Positions 49,901 to 63,559 of a stretch of 64,000 bases of DNA are shown in pieces. The position numbers and the translations under genes are program-made. Source of the stretch: Hemiscyllium ocellatum (lineage: Eukaryota); assembly GCF_020745735.1 (NCBI RefSeq), contig NC_083430.1:39422909-39486908 (forward strand). Reading direction: 5' to 3'. Positions within the stretch are counted from its first letter, which is position 1. Each line of letters begins with the position of its first letter. The notes below the pieces were generated by a model. It made no database searches. It was not told the DNA's origin and worked only from the letters and a program-made list of their open reading frames with translations.

Positions 49901-52549
49901 CTAAAAGTCCTCACATTACAACCTACCTCCTTTCTCCTCCTGCCAATATTGAGCATCAGTGTAAAACACCAGTCCCGACCCTCCCTTCTCCCACTTGAGT
50001 TCAATCTCTTCCTCATAGAGTCGTTCCTTCATCCTCTCCTGAGTCGTAACATCCTCGTAGAGTGCTTCGTGTCTTTCCCATTCCTCGCATGTATCATTGT
50101 CCTGAGAAAAACACAAAGCTCAGTGACCAGCCACAAATACTACTTGCATTTATACAATTCACTACGCAAAACTGTTCAGAGAGCACAAACTAAGAACCAG
50201 CGCCTGGAGCTATCCTTGACTACCCATTCATCCTAATTCAGGCTCAAGTTCCAATCCTTGGAGCACCCAGCTTACCATGATGCCTAAAGAGGACAAGAGT
50301 GGTGATGGGGCTACCTCAAATATCCATGTCTATCCATGACCTTTCTTCACACCAAAGCAAAGCACCAAGAAAACGTTACTTACTTCATCAGAATGAGACT
50401 CCTCTGCCTCCTCCTCATCTCCTGTCTGGAAAGACTTCCTGTGTCCAGTTCCGTGTTGCTTCTTTCCTGTTTGCTGCACAGGAGCACAGACATCTCTCTG
50501 TAGGTTTTCTCCTGCAGCTGTACATATTGCCTCCATACACTTGAAGGAAGCAGAGTCCTGGTACTTAAAAGGAACATTACCATAACGCCTTTTTGAGGTG
50601 GTCTTGGGAAATTTCAGATCAAGCTTGGTGATAATGCGGGGTGGCAAACGGCATGCTTGGATCAATTCTAGGAAAACTCTCAGTGGCGTTCCCACATTCC
50701 CATTGGGCATCAGCGTTGGGGGGTTTAACTCTGGCAATCTGGACAAGTCCTCAGGTGTGAAAGTCTCACTTAGAGCTCTTCGATTCCGAAGTTCCTTTCT
50801 GGTTTTGTATGAGAAGAGGTGAGAATCTGTTGAAGATAAGCAGTAATGAACGTAGGCCTCTTCCCATACAGAACAGCAAAGCCCAAATATTTGTACATAC
50901 TAAAATCCCCAGAGACATGGTCTAGGTGGGATACTCTTTGGAGGGTGGGTGCAGCCATGATGGGCTGAATGGCCTTTAGCTGCACTATAGGGAATCTATG
51001 ATTCTACAAAACTGCCAAATGCCACTGTAATACATTTAGACAGGTGCTGCTTCAAACCTACAAAGTGTTTTTCAGACTCATGATACTTTATAGTAGCAGT
51101 GATCTGTTCATCTAGGCAGGTCTGGAGGTTTAAAGTTTAGCCATCCAAGCTAACTTGTGATGAATAGTTTATTTTAAATAGCAAAGCATCCCATGGCATT
51201 TCAGGAAAGTTATCCAGTTTTGGAACAGTAGTGGGGAAACTGTTGGAAAAATGCCATATTCTGAAATTTTACAGAATGAATCTCTGCTTGGAGAGGCATG
51301 AATCAAGCAAAGATGGGCAGCTAGGCTTTGTTAGAGGGAGAGCATGTTGAACAAGTTTCCTTTTTTTTAATGGAGGTGACTACATATGTAGATGAGGGTA
51401 GTGAGCTATGTTGTCTGCGTGGATTTTAGTCAGGCTTTTGACAAGATTTCTCATGGCAACTAGCAAAGCAGTCTGTGGTATAAAGGGAAAATTGAAAATT
51501 GGATTCAAAACAGGCTTAACAGCAGAAAGCTGTTTGCAGAATACATAAATGATGTGGACATGAATATAGGAAGTATGATCAGCAAGTTAACAAATAACAC
51601 AAAAACTGATGGTGAGACAAATAGTGAGGTTGAAAGCCTTAGAGTAAAGGACAATATAGACAAGCTGGGCAGGTGGGCTGAACAACAGCAAATGGAATTT
51701 AATTCAGCAAATTGAGAGAAGCTACATTTTGGGAGGGCTAGACCTGCTGAGTTTCTCCAGCATTCTGTGTCTGTTTCAGATTACTAGCATCCACTGTATT
51801 TTGGTTTTTATAGAGTCATAGAAACGTACAGTACTGAAACAGATCTTTCGGTCCAACATCTCGGTGCCGACCAGATATCCCAACCCAATCTAGTCCCACC
51901 TGCCAGCACCCGGCCCATATTCCTCCAAACCATTTGCCATCAGTTAGACAACAAAAGAGCATATGCTGTTAGTAATGTACAGTTTTAAGACAAAAGCAAC
52001 AGGAAATTTAAAGGGACTTTGAGGAATTCACTTGCCAGAAAGGGTCGCAGGAATACTTATGACATTTAAGAAGTATTTAGGTGACCAACGCGGACACGAC
52101 GGGCCCAAGAACCTTTTTTTCCGTACTATAAAATCTCTATTACCTTACTTTCCCCCTCCCTCCTCTACCACTCATCCCCTTCCCCATTTCCCCCCCCCCC
52201 AACCCTCACCTGCAATCTCCGCCGGTCGGACAATACGGATGAAGCAGCGGCTCTGCAGACTGTCTCCGGCCCTATCCAGCCATTGACAGCCGTCGTACAT
52301 CAGCTGAAAGCTGGAGGCTCGATCAGCTGGCAGCCGAACCACACAGCAGCAGGTCGGGCTGCGGCCTAGCTCCGGTTCCCTGGCTACAGTCGAGGACGGC
52401 AACCTCTTCCTTTCGGGCCGGTGCCGGTAATGAAAACAGCTGAAGCCACCACTCTCAGTGAACTGTGAGAACTGATGGCGGAGATCAGCAGAGCGAAGAC
52501 GGCGCGGAATATTCCCGACAACCGCATAAACATCATCCTGGGCCGCCAT
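46986..52549 (-). CDS. GPATCH3: G-patch domain-containing protein 3; complement(join(46986..47199,47835..47962,49440..49561,49762..49821,49927..50101,50384..50826,52210..52549)), 493 aa
   Basis: LRSADLR...FHYRHRPE, LPELNPPTLMPNGNVGTP, EEWERHEAL...KWEKGGSGLVFYTDAQ, DDWDVDMSVYY, and the G-patch GIGRKVMEKQGWRDGQGLG. GT-AG introns, frame preserved, syntenic with GPN2 and NR0B2. Confidence 0.96.
48243..48565 (-). mobile_element. Penelope-like terminal fragment (second family) in GPATCH3 intron 5
   Basis: Homologous to the 39273 arm; CTGATGAAGGAGCCGCGCTCCAAAAGCTT on minus (48332-48304). Confidence 0.75.
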
Positions 52550-52700
52550 CTTTCAGACTGGCGGCGGGGGGGGGGGGTTGCGCCTGCGCATTGGCCATCT
52601 AGACCGATACAGGCGATGCATGGTGCCCTCTTTGTTCAGGTATCATTACACTGTATGGATGATGGCCACCTTGGACTTCTGCGTCGGTCCATAGGCATTT
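52540..52700 (-). promoter_or_regulatory. GPATCH3: GPATCH3 CpG promoter
   Basis: YY1-type AAGATGGCGGC over the ATG, NRF1-like GCGCCTGCGCA and ATTGG at ~52580-52594, and a G-run. Confidence 0.65.
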
Positions 52701-55199
52701 TTGTTAAGGTACTGCAGTGGTTTGATATTGCTTTCTGCAAACGGTTGACCAGGACTTTTTGCTGTGCTGTCTGCCTTTGGATTGTTTATAGAGGACTTTG
52801 ATACTCAACTTGTTTGGCCACAATATACTAACTTTGGTCATCAAGTCCTGGAATGGTACATGAACCCAGAGTTTTTGGCTCTCAGACAAGATATTTAATC
52901 AAGGCCCTGGTTGCCTACACAGATCAATATTAAAAGTCCCATGTGACACTTAAAAAAGAGAAGCGGAATTATCCCTAGTGGCCTGAACCAATATTTATCC
53001 CTCAGATTACGTCACTGAAACATAAGTTTTATTTCTTTTCCGCAGATGCTGCCTAAGTATTTGGTTTTAGTTTTCCAGCATCCAAAGTATCTTGCTTGTG
53101 TTCTTAAAGTTGCCATGTCTCCTTCCTTAACTGTTATTAGTGACCTCACTGAGCAGTAATTCAGCTTCAAAGATCTAATTTCATCATGAAGACTGGAGGA
53201 GTAGATATTGATGACCAAGATTTTATATGGAGCTGCTGGGTGTGCTCTGGAGGCATGTTAGGAGAAAGGAGTAATACAAAACAGGGAAAGAAAGTCAACG
53301 AGTCCTCAGAATGGAAGTCCAGAGTCACTAATAAAATGAATGATTGAACTTTAAGGCTTGTTTGGAGCAATAATTCAAGGTGGTACTGGGGAGGTATAAG
53401 TACTGCATTAAATTTATAGTTCAACTAGTTAAACTTCATAATATAACTACAGATAATAATTGAACAATATTTTTAATTTTGAAACTTAATTAATCACATT
53501 AGCAGAAGGTTTTAATTTATGAAACTTCCAAATCAGGAGAGTTTGTTTAGAAAACAGCAGGTTTTTAGAACTGAGAAAGTTTAAGTTCTCAGATTTGAGA
53601 GAAGTTCATGTCACCAGCAATGTTCCATCTAAGCTGCACAATTGCATAGCTGCTCTGAGAATCTATGCATGCCAATTAGCAGGCCAACACATTTACTTCC
53701 AGTTTATCAGCTGTTTCTGTGCAAGGAGTTTGGAACTCCAACCAGCAGTTAGATAAGTTAGAGGAAATGTAGATCAACAGGCTTGGTGAAGATTAATCAA
53801 ATTTTATTCACAATCCTTGCAATCCTGACTATAAGCAGTCAGTTAAGTAAAACCCTGAAGAGTTGAGCTGAGTCTGTATTTTTCTGGTATTGAATCTCTT
53901 TAATAGATAGTGTTGAGAAATTGGTTCAAACTTTGTTCTGCTGTATGTTTTAGATCTTGATGCTATTATAATCCCCTTAGGAGAGTATTTTGATTCTCAA
54001 GCCCCACCACTACAGGGGTCACCACAAAAGTTAATGGTTTCATCAAAGTACACAAAGTCCCCAGTTTACTATCCGATGGAATTGGTTTAACAAAAAGCAC
54101 TGACTAGGCTTCCATACTTACCAAGAACTCTGAATATTCCAAGTAGTAAGTTCTAGCCACAGATAAGTAAAACAATACACTACCAACATAAAACTCAACT
54201 AGCTGAAACTCTAACCCCTTTTAATCTCCAACGCGCACAGACAGACACAGACAATTAGGAAAAACATATGTATTATGGAAAGAAAATGGGGCTAATACAG
54301 TGCAATAGCACAAGTCCATAAAGCTTGATCAGCTGTTCCTTTTGCTTCCCAAGATTTTCTGTTTTTTGATTTCGCCCTTCTCCAGCTTATTTCACTTCTT
54401 CACAGAAGTCACAGGGTAGTTGCTACATTAATTACCAAGTCTCTTGGTCACTGGTCAAAGACAACAGCTTACATCAACTGGTGGGAGAAAAAAAAATGTA
54501 TTTCTTCAAACTTCAGGTACTTTTACTGTGGAGAAATAGAGACACAGCAGTCCAGAGGCTTCTCCCACACTGTAATCTTCTGTCACTGTATCACAGTCAG
54601 AGGGTTGTCACCAGACCAATAACATTTGACTTCAAAAACAGTCACATTTGTACAGACCATCAGCTACCTGTTACCAGCTGAATCACTCTCTGCACACACA
54701 TACCACAATAATGTGACCACTTATCTCATCTCCTCTAAATAGTGTCAAAATAGCAAAATAATAGTGTCAACACAACTCACAATAAGTTCCAGCAATTTGT
54801 TTTCAAACGTGCAACAATTCCTTCCTGAGCGCTTGATTTGAAAAATAGTAATTTTCCAGAAAATAAAAAGATGTAGTCTTTACATACTTCCATCCTTATA
54901 AAACATGAAACACTATTTCAAAACTGCACTTCATCACAAGAAATATGGAACACAAAGAAAGATGAGACTTACATCCAATCATCCTTCTTTCCTCCCTTAT
55001 TGAACCTAAGATAATCTTTCAGCATTTCTTAAATCTATAACTTATTCCATCATTTTACTCAGAACAATGCATCTGTGATCACAGTACTCTTCCCAACAAT
55101 GAGAATAATCTTTACATTAAATAGTTGAAAAAACAGACTTAAATTTGCATTTGGATGTTAACATTTTCAATGAATGCCAAATGATTATCATTGGTATTT

Positions 55200-56075
55200 T
55201 CATAGATTCATAGAGATGTACAACACAGAAACAGACCCATCGGTGCAACCCGTCCATGCCAACCAGATATCCTAAATTAATCCAGTCCCATTTGCACTTG
55301 CCCATATCCCTCAAAACCCTTCTTATTCATATACCCATCCAGATGCATTTTAAATATTGTAACTGTACCAGCCTCCATTAATCCCTTTGGCTGCTCATTA
55401 ACACACTCACCACCCTTTCTGTGAAAACATCGCCCCTTTGGTCCTTTTTAAATCTTTCCCCCATCACCCTAACCCTATGCTGTCTAGTTGTAGACTCCCC
55501 CAGGAAAAAAAGATCTTATATATTTACACTATCCATGCCCCTCATAACTGAGGCCCATGCAGGTACCCATGGTCACCCTACTGACCTGAAAAAAAGTAAA
55601 AGAAGTTAAAGGAAAAGCTTTTCAAAGTGAGGATAAGCTCAGCCAGGCAGAGGAGAGTGATAGTGGAATGGGACAGTTCAAGCCTTTTTTTACAGGAAGA
55701 AGCGAGGAGCCCTGAGATGATTCTGATGGGAGATGGACGTGTAAAGATTTGCACACCCATGACGAAGTTGAAGTGACTGGAACTGGCAAACTGGAAATTC
55801 TAAAGCATCATAAAAATTGCAAAAGTAAGTGGGAAGAGACTAGACAAAGGAGAAGGAATTGAGTTGAGGTAGGAAAAGATGAGTTCTGTGGGGAAGAAGC
55901 AGGCAGAAACAATGGGTCTCACTGAATGCCCTGTTTACAGATTTTGGGAAAGAGGTAGAAGCAGGCTGTGCAGGTTTAGGGTTAAATGAGTTTGACAACA
56001 ATGGTGGGGAGGTCAGGGTGGGAAGATCACCAGGTGAAATGAGATTAGTGGCTGTTGTGGACATAATGGCCTGGT
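55200..56075 (-). mobile_element. CR1 3' end (~55200-55545) abutting a Penelope RT fragment (~55545-56075)
   Basis: The first part matches the 3' end of the 26653 family; the second part is homologous to ~18250-18750 (LAELILTLKSFSFN). Confidence 0.7.
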
Positions 56076-56590
56076 GAGAAATGTGGGATCAGCCGTGATT
56101 CTATTGAATGGTATAGCTGGCTTGAGGGACCAAACAGCCTACTCCAGTTCATATGTCTTCTGGTCTTATGGTCATTTCCTGTTTTTATTTCAAGATTTCC
56201 AGTAACAGCAGTATTTTGCTTTAATATTGCTGAATAGCCTATTCCAGTTCCTATGCATCCAATCCACACATAGATGGATTTATTTCCAAAACGGTCGGAC
56301 ATTTACCAGTTTGGCCCCAGATAGTACAGGATGGAAATCAATTAGCAATGGCTGCCACTGACAAACTTAATTAAATGTCTATTTTTAAACCTGAGGATTT
56401 CTTTCAATTAGAAACCAGAACCACAGTAAAAGTGCCTCTGATAAAATGTCCAGTCTTCTAAACCAATTTTATTCAAGATAAAACAACATTAATACAAAAC
56501 AATAGTGAGTTGTGGATAGGCAGCGAATGGCAAGTCCGGCTGGGCGCCAAGTGAGTGGCTGAGGTGAAGTGCAGTCAGACCCCTATTTCT

Positions 56591-58528
56591 TCACCGGGAA
56601 TATAGCATTTCAAACAGTAGCTCCTTCATGTTTGCTGGCCCGATCATCGGCCTGAAGAAGAGCTCGACGATGAGCCCGGTGCTGACAGTTTTCAGGGCGG
56701 ACACGGCGAGTAAAATACAGGCGAAGCGGCTACTGTCCTTGGCCGGCACCAGGATCTCATACAGGGCATGCTGCGCTTCCCGCTGAAGGCTCTCAATGTA
56801 GGGAGCAGCTCGGAGTCCAGGTAGGTCTGCAAAAGATAGGAGCACGAATGAGATCAGAGCAAACTCCCTAGGAAAGAGGCGCACGGCAGAGCGAAAGGAA
56901 TTAGAAGCACAGCATGTTCATTAGCCGCTGGAATCAAACGCTTGGTGTTCAGGTGGGAGCCTGCTTCCTGACTCAAAAATACTAGCTGCGGATTTATTTT
57001 GCATTTCCAACTTGTTGATCAGATCCATAACCAAGCTCTCTACTGCACTGTGAGCAGGACGGTCCGACCCGGAAACAAAGATTTAGAGGTACAGGTTCAT
57101 AGCTCCTCGAAAAGGGCTTTTGGCTTGCTTGTTTTCACCGTTCAGAGCATAGAGTATAGGAGTTGAGACGACCTGTTGCAGCTGTTCAAGACATTGGTGA
57201 GGCACATTTGGGATACTGCCTGCAATTCTGGTTCCCCTACTATAGAAAGGATATTATTAAGCTAGAAGGATTGCAGAAAAGACTTACTAGGAAGCTACCT
57301 GTATTGGAAGGTTTGAGTTAAAAGGAGAGGCTGAGACTTTCCTCGTGGGGACTGAGGGGTCACTTTGTAGAAGTCCATAAAATTATGAGAAGCATAAATA
57401 AGGTAGATAGTCGACAGCTTTTCCCCTGGTAATGGAGTTTAAAATGAGAGGGCAGAGGTTTAAGGTTAGAGGGGAGAGATACAGAAAGGTCCAGAGGGGC
57501 AATTGTTTCACACAGTTAGTGGTGGAGGCAAGTACAATTTTGTCATTTAAGAAACATTTAGGCAGGTACATGAGTGGGATAGAAATAGAGAAATATGGAC
57601 CATCACAGGCAAATGGGACTAGATTAATTGTGAAAACTGGGGCAGCGTTGACAAGTTGGGCCGAAAGGCCTGTTTCCTTGCTGTAACTCTCTATGACTCT
57701 ATGAGAGCTGGAAATCTTTTTAAAGGCATCCTAGAAAAGTATGTTGTGGGGAGAGGGGGAGCCTATGGACGATTCTGAAGTGAGGAAATAATCATACCAG
57801 TTATTTATCCAGGAAGTACAGAGATTCCCTGATTCCTGACCCCTTGTCTGGTACTAACCCCTTACTACGATGTGGTAGAATTATTGCTGGATTCAAGGGG
57901 GTGGCAGCAAATTTGTGACTTTTTTTATGAAACACCTCACCTTTAAAATTTCCTAGGTTCGTTGCTCATTGGAATAAAAACAGAGGCTGTTATAATTACC
58001 AGGGTTGAACAGGATAGCTCCTTTCAGGTATGCATACTCCTTGGCACTTAGATCCAGGCTTTGGAATTTGTTCAGACACATTTTTATTCTATGTACACCA
58101 GCCAGTGTTGGCTGCCAACTCCCTTCTTCCTCTGTCCTGTGCAGGCTTGGTCCATTCAGCAAGATTCTCTTCAGCATGCTGTGACTTGGGGTCTCTGTCA
58201 CCTCGAAGCTCACTCTATCTTGAGCCAATCCTAACAGAAATAATGGGGGCCAGCAGCTCTCCAGCAATAGCAGCTGGTCTGATCTGGGAAGATGATGGAA
58301 TGAAGGGAGGTTCCTCATAAAACTGATTGTCTTTGCCAACACATCGGATACCGCCTGACAGGTAACAAGGGGAGTCTTCAAGCTAACAGTCCGTCTGACT
58401 TCACAGGAGCAGTTGTGATGTGAGAACTTGTAGTCTCCACGTTGGCTCAGGATGGTGTATAAGATTGCATTCTGTCGCTTCCCAGAATCATGTCGGCACT
58501 TATCAGACAAAACATTTACACAAGCCAT
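56591..58528 (-). CDS. NR0B2: Nuclear receptor subfamily 0 group B member 2 (small heterodimer partner, SHP); complement(join(56591..56826,58000..58528)), 254 aa
   Basis: Ligand-binding domain with no DNA-binding domain. LxxLL-like boxes ILYTILS and MLKRILL, EYAYLKGAILFNP|DLPGL, LFFRP, AF-2 ELLFEML. Two-exon structure. The position between GPATCH3 and NUDC favours NR0B2 over NR0B1. AATAAA at 56468-56473 (minus). Confidence 0.95.
57080..57703 (+). mobile_element. CR1 3' fragment in the NR0B2 intron (antisense)
   Basis: RGQRFKVRGERY remnant; CTATGACT tail. Confidence 0.82.
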
Positions 58529-58779
58529 AACCACCTCACTACCAAACCACAATTGCTCAGAATTTAGCTCTCTGACTGTAATGGTGTTAACAAATTAAAG
58601 GTAGTTTGAAGTATTAACTTTAACTGGAAACCAAACTCTCTAAATTCTCTAACGTTTCAAACAACCAGTTTTGGAACTCTGCTGAACAAGAGTTGGCTGA
58701 GAAGGATCAGGTACGCTTGTCTACAGCTCCCAATGCAGCACAAGCTTCCACAGGCAGCGACTGAGCTGCTTATACCTGA

Positions 58780-59110
58780 GACTATTTATATCGTTTCATT
58801 CAGAGACTAGAAATGACCTTGGCCAGAAAGAACAAGCAGCTTTCATTGAAAAAAAAAGCTGACAGTAACTAATTGGCCAAGGGACATATCTCTATGGTGC
58901 AGGCCAGCAGCAGATAAGATTTTTTTCAATGAAACAGCAGGTTAGACAGATGGAAGTGGCTTATCTCGATTACCTGATGTCATGTACACAGACTTTAAAC
59001 CCATGTTGTACCGATGCACCAAGGACTGCAAGAGGCCATTAACAGAACACCAATCAGATACACTCAGTTACAGAAAGTGATATCAGGCTAATTAGATAAG
59101 GAATATTTGT
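58780..59110 (-). promoter_or_regulatory. NR0B2: NR0B2 proximal promoter: TATA box, NR5A (LRH-1/SF-1) site, GATA sites
   Basis: TATAAATA at 58790-58783; CCAAGGTCA at 58822-58814; AGATAAG/CTTATCT at ~58912, ~58960 and ~59094. Confidence 0.65.
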
Positions 59111-59494
59111 TGAATGTAGCCTTGAAACAAATAAGCTCATAAACAATTCTATCTGATATCAGATCACTATTATTAATAAAGCAACCGCAGCCTCACCAAG
59201 TGTTCCAAACTATTATGTTTCAATCAAACTCATAAGTAACAACGAGTAAATGCACAGCCAGAGAAAGTTCACTGTCTGGAATGTTCCTGGTTCAAGTCCA
59301 CTCTGTGTTGTTTGCTAATCTTCAATCCAGCAGCAACAGAACTGCTATGATTAACTTCACAGTTGTTGCACTAGAGAGAAGCAAACTGGATTTTCAGTTC
59401 TAATAATTTTCAAAACAGGTTCATAGTTTTTAAAAATTAGGCTAGGGTATCAAGGCATAAGAAGAAAAGGTGAGAAAATTGAGTTGAGAAACAG

Positions 59495-60510
59495 CAATGA
59501 GGCCTGTGCCCATAAGGGTCAGTGCTGGGTCTTCTACTTTTTGTCATTTACATAAATGTTTGGATGCGAGCATAAGTGGAACAGTTATTAGGTTTGCAGA
59601 TGACACCAAAATTGGAAGTGTAGTGGACAGTGAAGAGGGTTATCTCAGATTACAACAGGATCTTGACCAGATGGGCCAGTGGGCTGAGAAGTGGCAGATG
59701 GAGTTTAATTCAGATAAATGCGAGGTGCTGCATTTTGGGAAACCAAATCTTAGCAGGACTTATACACTTAATGGTAAGGTCCTAGGGAGTGTTGCTGAAC
59801 AGAGACCTTGGAGTGCAGGTTCATAGCTCGTTGAAAGTGGAGTAGCAAGTAGATAGGATAGTGAAGAAGGCATTTGGTATGCTTTCCTTTATTGGTCAGA
59901 GTATTGAGTACAGGAGTTGGGAGGTCATGTTGCAGCTGTACAGGACATTGGTTAGGCCACTGTTGGAATATTGCGTGCAATTCTGGTCTCCTTCCTATCG
60001 GAAAGATGTTGTGAAACTTGAATGAGTTCAGAAAAGATTTACTAGGATGTTGCCAGGGTTGGAGGTTTTGAGCTACAGGGAGAGGCTGAACAGGCTGGGG
60101 CTGTTTTCCTTGGAGCGTAGGAGGCTGAGGGGTGACCTCATAGAGATTTACAAAATTATGAGGGGCATGGATAGGGTAAATATGCGAAGTCTTTTCTCTG
60201 TGATTGGGGAGTCCAGAATTAGAGGGCATAGGTTTAGGATGAGAGGGGAAAGATATAAAAGAGGCCTACGGGGCAACATTTTCACACAGACAGTGGTATG
60301 TGTATGGAATGAACTGCCAGAGGAAGTGGTGGAGGCTGGTACAATTGCAACATTTAAGAGGCATTTGGATGAGTATATGAATAGGGTTTGGAGGGATATG
60401 AGCCGGGTGCTGGCAGGTGGGACTAGATTGGGTTGGGATATCTGGTTGGCATGGACGGGTTGGACCGAAGGGTCCATTTCCATGCTGTACATCTCTATAA
60501 CTAATTATGA
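59495..60510 (+). mobile_element. Young 5'-truncated CR1 LINE
   Basis: FADDTKIG and C-terminal ORF2 ORFs; same family as the 26653 and 36262 copies. Confidence 0.92.
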
Positions 60511-61474
60511 TTTAACAGAATAACAAACAGAATTGAGGAATTGAATAGCATCCTTCTGTTCCTATGTTTTCAATCTCTATTGTAAAATGCCTATTGATAA
60601 ATATTTGATCAGAAATAATTAATTGACCTCAAATATATGGAGAAATTTATCTTATCCCAATGAACACCTAGCTTGTAAAATGCATCAGTGTAGGTGAAGC
60701 AAACTATGTAAGACAATTGTTGACCACAGAGTACCTAATTGTACTGTATACAGAACTCTGGAAGACATCAAAATAAAAGTAATTTATCAGTAATTGTACT
60801 CACAATCTCAGGATGTACCAACCAAAGCATTTCACCACTATAAGAAACAAAGCAGCTGAGTGCCAATGTAATAAAGATTAGATAATTTGTTTTGAGGTTA
60901 AAACCCATGTGGTTCACTAATACACTTTAGAAAAGAAACCCACCACCTTTACTCAGTGACCTACAGGTAGTTCCAGATCCACATTAATATGATTCACTCT
61001 TAACTACTTCCAAAGATGTGTTTTTTAAATTCATTCATGGGACGTCGGCTCCTCTGTCTAGGCCAGCATTTATCGTCCATCCCTAATTGCCTAGAGAGCA
61101 GTTAAGAGTCTACCAAATGGCTGTGGGTTTGGAATCACATGTCCGGAAGACCAGGTAAGGATAACTGATTTCCTTCCTTAAAGGACATCAGTGAATCAGA
61201 TGTTTTTTTCCTACAATCAGCAATGGTTCGTGGTCATCAGTACACCCTTATTTCCATACTCTTTATTGATTTCAAATTCCACCATCTGCTGTGGCAGGAT
61301 TTGAACCCAGGGTCTCCAGAACATTAGTTGAGTTTATGGATTAATAATCTAGCATTACTACTCCAAAGGTAAAGTATGAACAACAAATGCCAACATTGCT
61401 GATGATGTCTATACCCTACCCACAAAAATAAATCTCTTGATAAATGAATTTGTGCAGAATTCCCAAGGAGTTCT

Positions 61475-61960
61475 GGATATAAATTTGCTTGCTGAGCTGC
61501 AAGGTTCATTTCGTTACCATACAAGGTAACATCATCAGTGAGCCTCTGGTAAAGCAGTGGTGGTATGACCTGCTTTTTATTTATGTGTTTATGTTTCCCT
61601 GAGTTGGTGATGTCATTTCCCATGGTGATGTCATTTTTTTTTCAGGGGTTGTTAAATGGGATTCCTAGAAGCATGGCATTCCAACCGGAACTCTATCAAC
61701 AAACATATTGACTTGGATCCCATTTACAAACCCTGAGAAAAAGAACAGGAAATGACACCACCGCAGGAAATGACATACAAACCCAAAGAAAGCTAATCAC
61801 ATAAATAAAAAGTAGGCCATACCACCCATGCTTTACCGGAATCTCACTGATGACATTAGCTGGTATGGCAATGAAATGTCTGAAAATGAACCTTCCAGCT
61901 CAGCAAGCAAAATTACATCCAAAACCTCAACCTGAACCACAAATGTTCTCAAAACTTGCT
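61475..61960. mobile_element. Inverted Penelope-like terminal structure (third family) with two hammerhead cores
   Basis: Minus CTGATGA-T-GTTACC-TTGTAT-GGTAAC-GAAA (61538-61509); plus TCA-CTGATGA...GAAATGTC-TGA (61844-61883). The arms are reverse complements. Confidence 0.75.
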
Positions 61961-62702
61961 CCCAAGAAGTTATTTGTGATTACATTTATATCCTGTAATT
62001 CTAGCCTCATCTGCAAGTGGGGTACTCTACCCTTTCATACTCTTAAAAGTCAGGCTTCAAAGATCCCCAATGTTACAAATGATACTTACTGCAGAAATAC
62101 TTACTGTAGAATTCCCAGCCTCTGACCTGCTCTGGTTTCTGACTAATGCTTTTCACAATGCCTCTATATCCTCTTACCAGCTACTCCCCATTAAAGACAA
62201 TATATGGGGGAGGTACAGTTCGAAAGGGGATGCAGGAGCAGACTGGTCTGAGTCTATATGTTAACAAAGCACACAGTGATCTTGACATTATTAATAAGTA
62301 CATAGAATACAAGTGCGGGGAGATGATATTGAAATTAGACAAGGCATTTGTTAGACCTTAGCTGGAATATTGTGTACAATTGTGGATACCATATTATAGG
62401 AAAGATATGTATGCATGAGAGACAGTGCAGAGGGAGTTTACAGGAATGGTTCCAGGAATGAGAAACCTCTGTTATGAGGATAGTTTTAAGAAGTTGAGAT
62501 TGTTCTCCTTGGAAGAAGGCTAAGAGGTAATTTGATAGAGGTTTTCAAAATCATGAACTGGTTGAATGCAGTAGATAGGGAGAAGTTGTTCTTTCTTGTA
62601 AAAGGAAGAAAGAATAAGAGGTCATAAATTTAAAGTGATTTCTAAAAGAAGCAAGGGTGATGTGCAAAAAAAATCTTAGCAAGCAGTTAAGACATGGGAT
62701 GT

Positions 62703-63390
62703 GGAAACAGTAATGACTGCAGATACTGGAAGTCAGAATCAATAGATGTGGAGTTGGAAAAGCACAGCAAGTCAGACAACATCCAAGGAGCAGGTAGGTC
62801 AACGTTTCAGTCTGAAACTTCATCAGGCCTGGGGAGCGGGCCCAGATATATATTGGGTGAGGTGCAATTGGTGGGGCCGGGGAAGGGTAGGTATGGGGGT
62901 TATTTTCATTGGTAGTGAGAGGAGTGGAGTGGGTAGGTGAGTAGGAAGATGGGTAGGTTAGGGAGACTCTGAGATAGGCAGTGGAGGGATTTTGAAGCTG
63001 GTGAAGTTGATATTGAGGTCATTGGGCAGTAAGCTCCCTCAGGTGTTGTTCCTCCAGTTTACAGTTGACCTTACTTGACAGTGGATCCTTGGCCTCCTCC
63101 AAAGTCAGAGTGAGGCCAAACAAACTGGAGGAACAACACTAATATTTCGCCTGGGGAGCTTGCAGCCAATGGCCTCAATTGATTTCACCAGCTCTTGAAA
63201 TCCTCCATGTCCAGCAGCCTCTTCCTCCTCACCTCCCGACCTGACCTAATCTGCCCATTGTCCTATGCACTTATCCACTCTAGCCTTCCCACTGGAATCA
63301 CATTAATCCCCTACCTGAATCCACCTATCACCAACAACCCAGCACCTCCCACTAACCCACTCCTGATGAAGGGTTTCAGACAAAACCAAA
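62703..63390. mobile_element. Inverted Penelope-like 3' fragments (first family), decayed hammerhead cores
   Basis: The left arm is homologous to 16820-17280; the right arm is its reverse complement. Cores at 62826-62805 (minus) and from 63363 (plus). Confidence 0.75.
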
Positions 63391-63559
63391 ACTTTCCCAG
63401 ACATGGGATGTACTGTCAAGAAATGTGGTGATTATTTAGGTAGAAATGGTATGCAGTGATATATGGAAAAGGCAGGAGACAGGCACGATGGGCTCCTTCC
63501 ATGGTGTTACAATTCTGTGAAGAGATTTTCCTGTGGTCTGGGACTCTTTAAACAATCCC

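Noticed and set aside
53950-54790. Possible second solo LTR
   Set aside because: LTR-like composition, but I could not define TG...CA termini or a TSD.
60945-60965. TACTCAgTGACCT as a possible FXR IR-1 upstream of NR0B2
   Set aside because: One half-site is only 3/6 of consensus; unsupported without conservation data.
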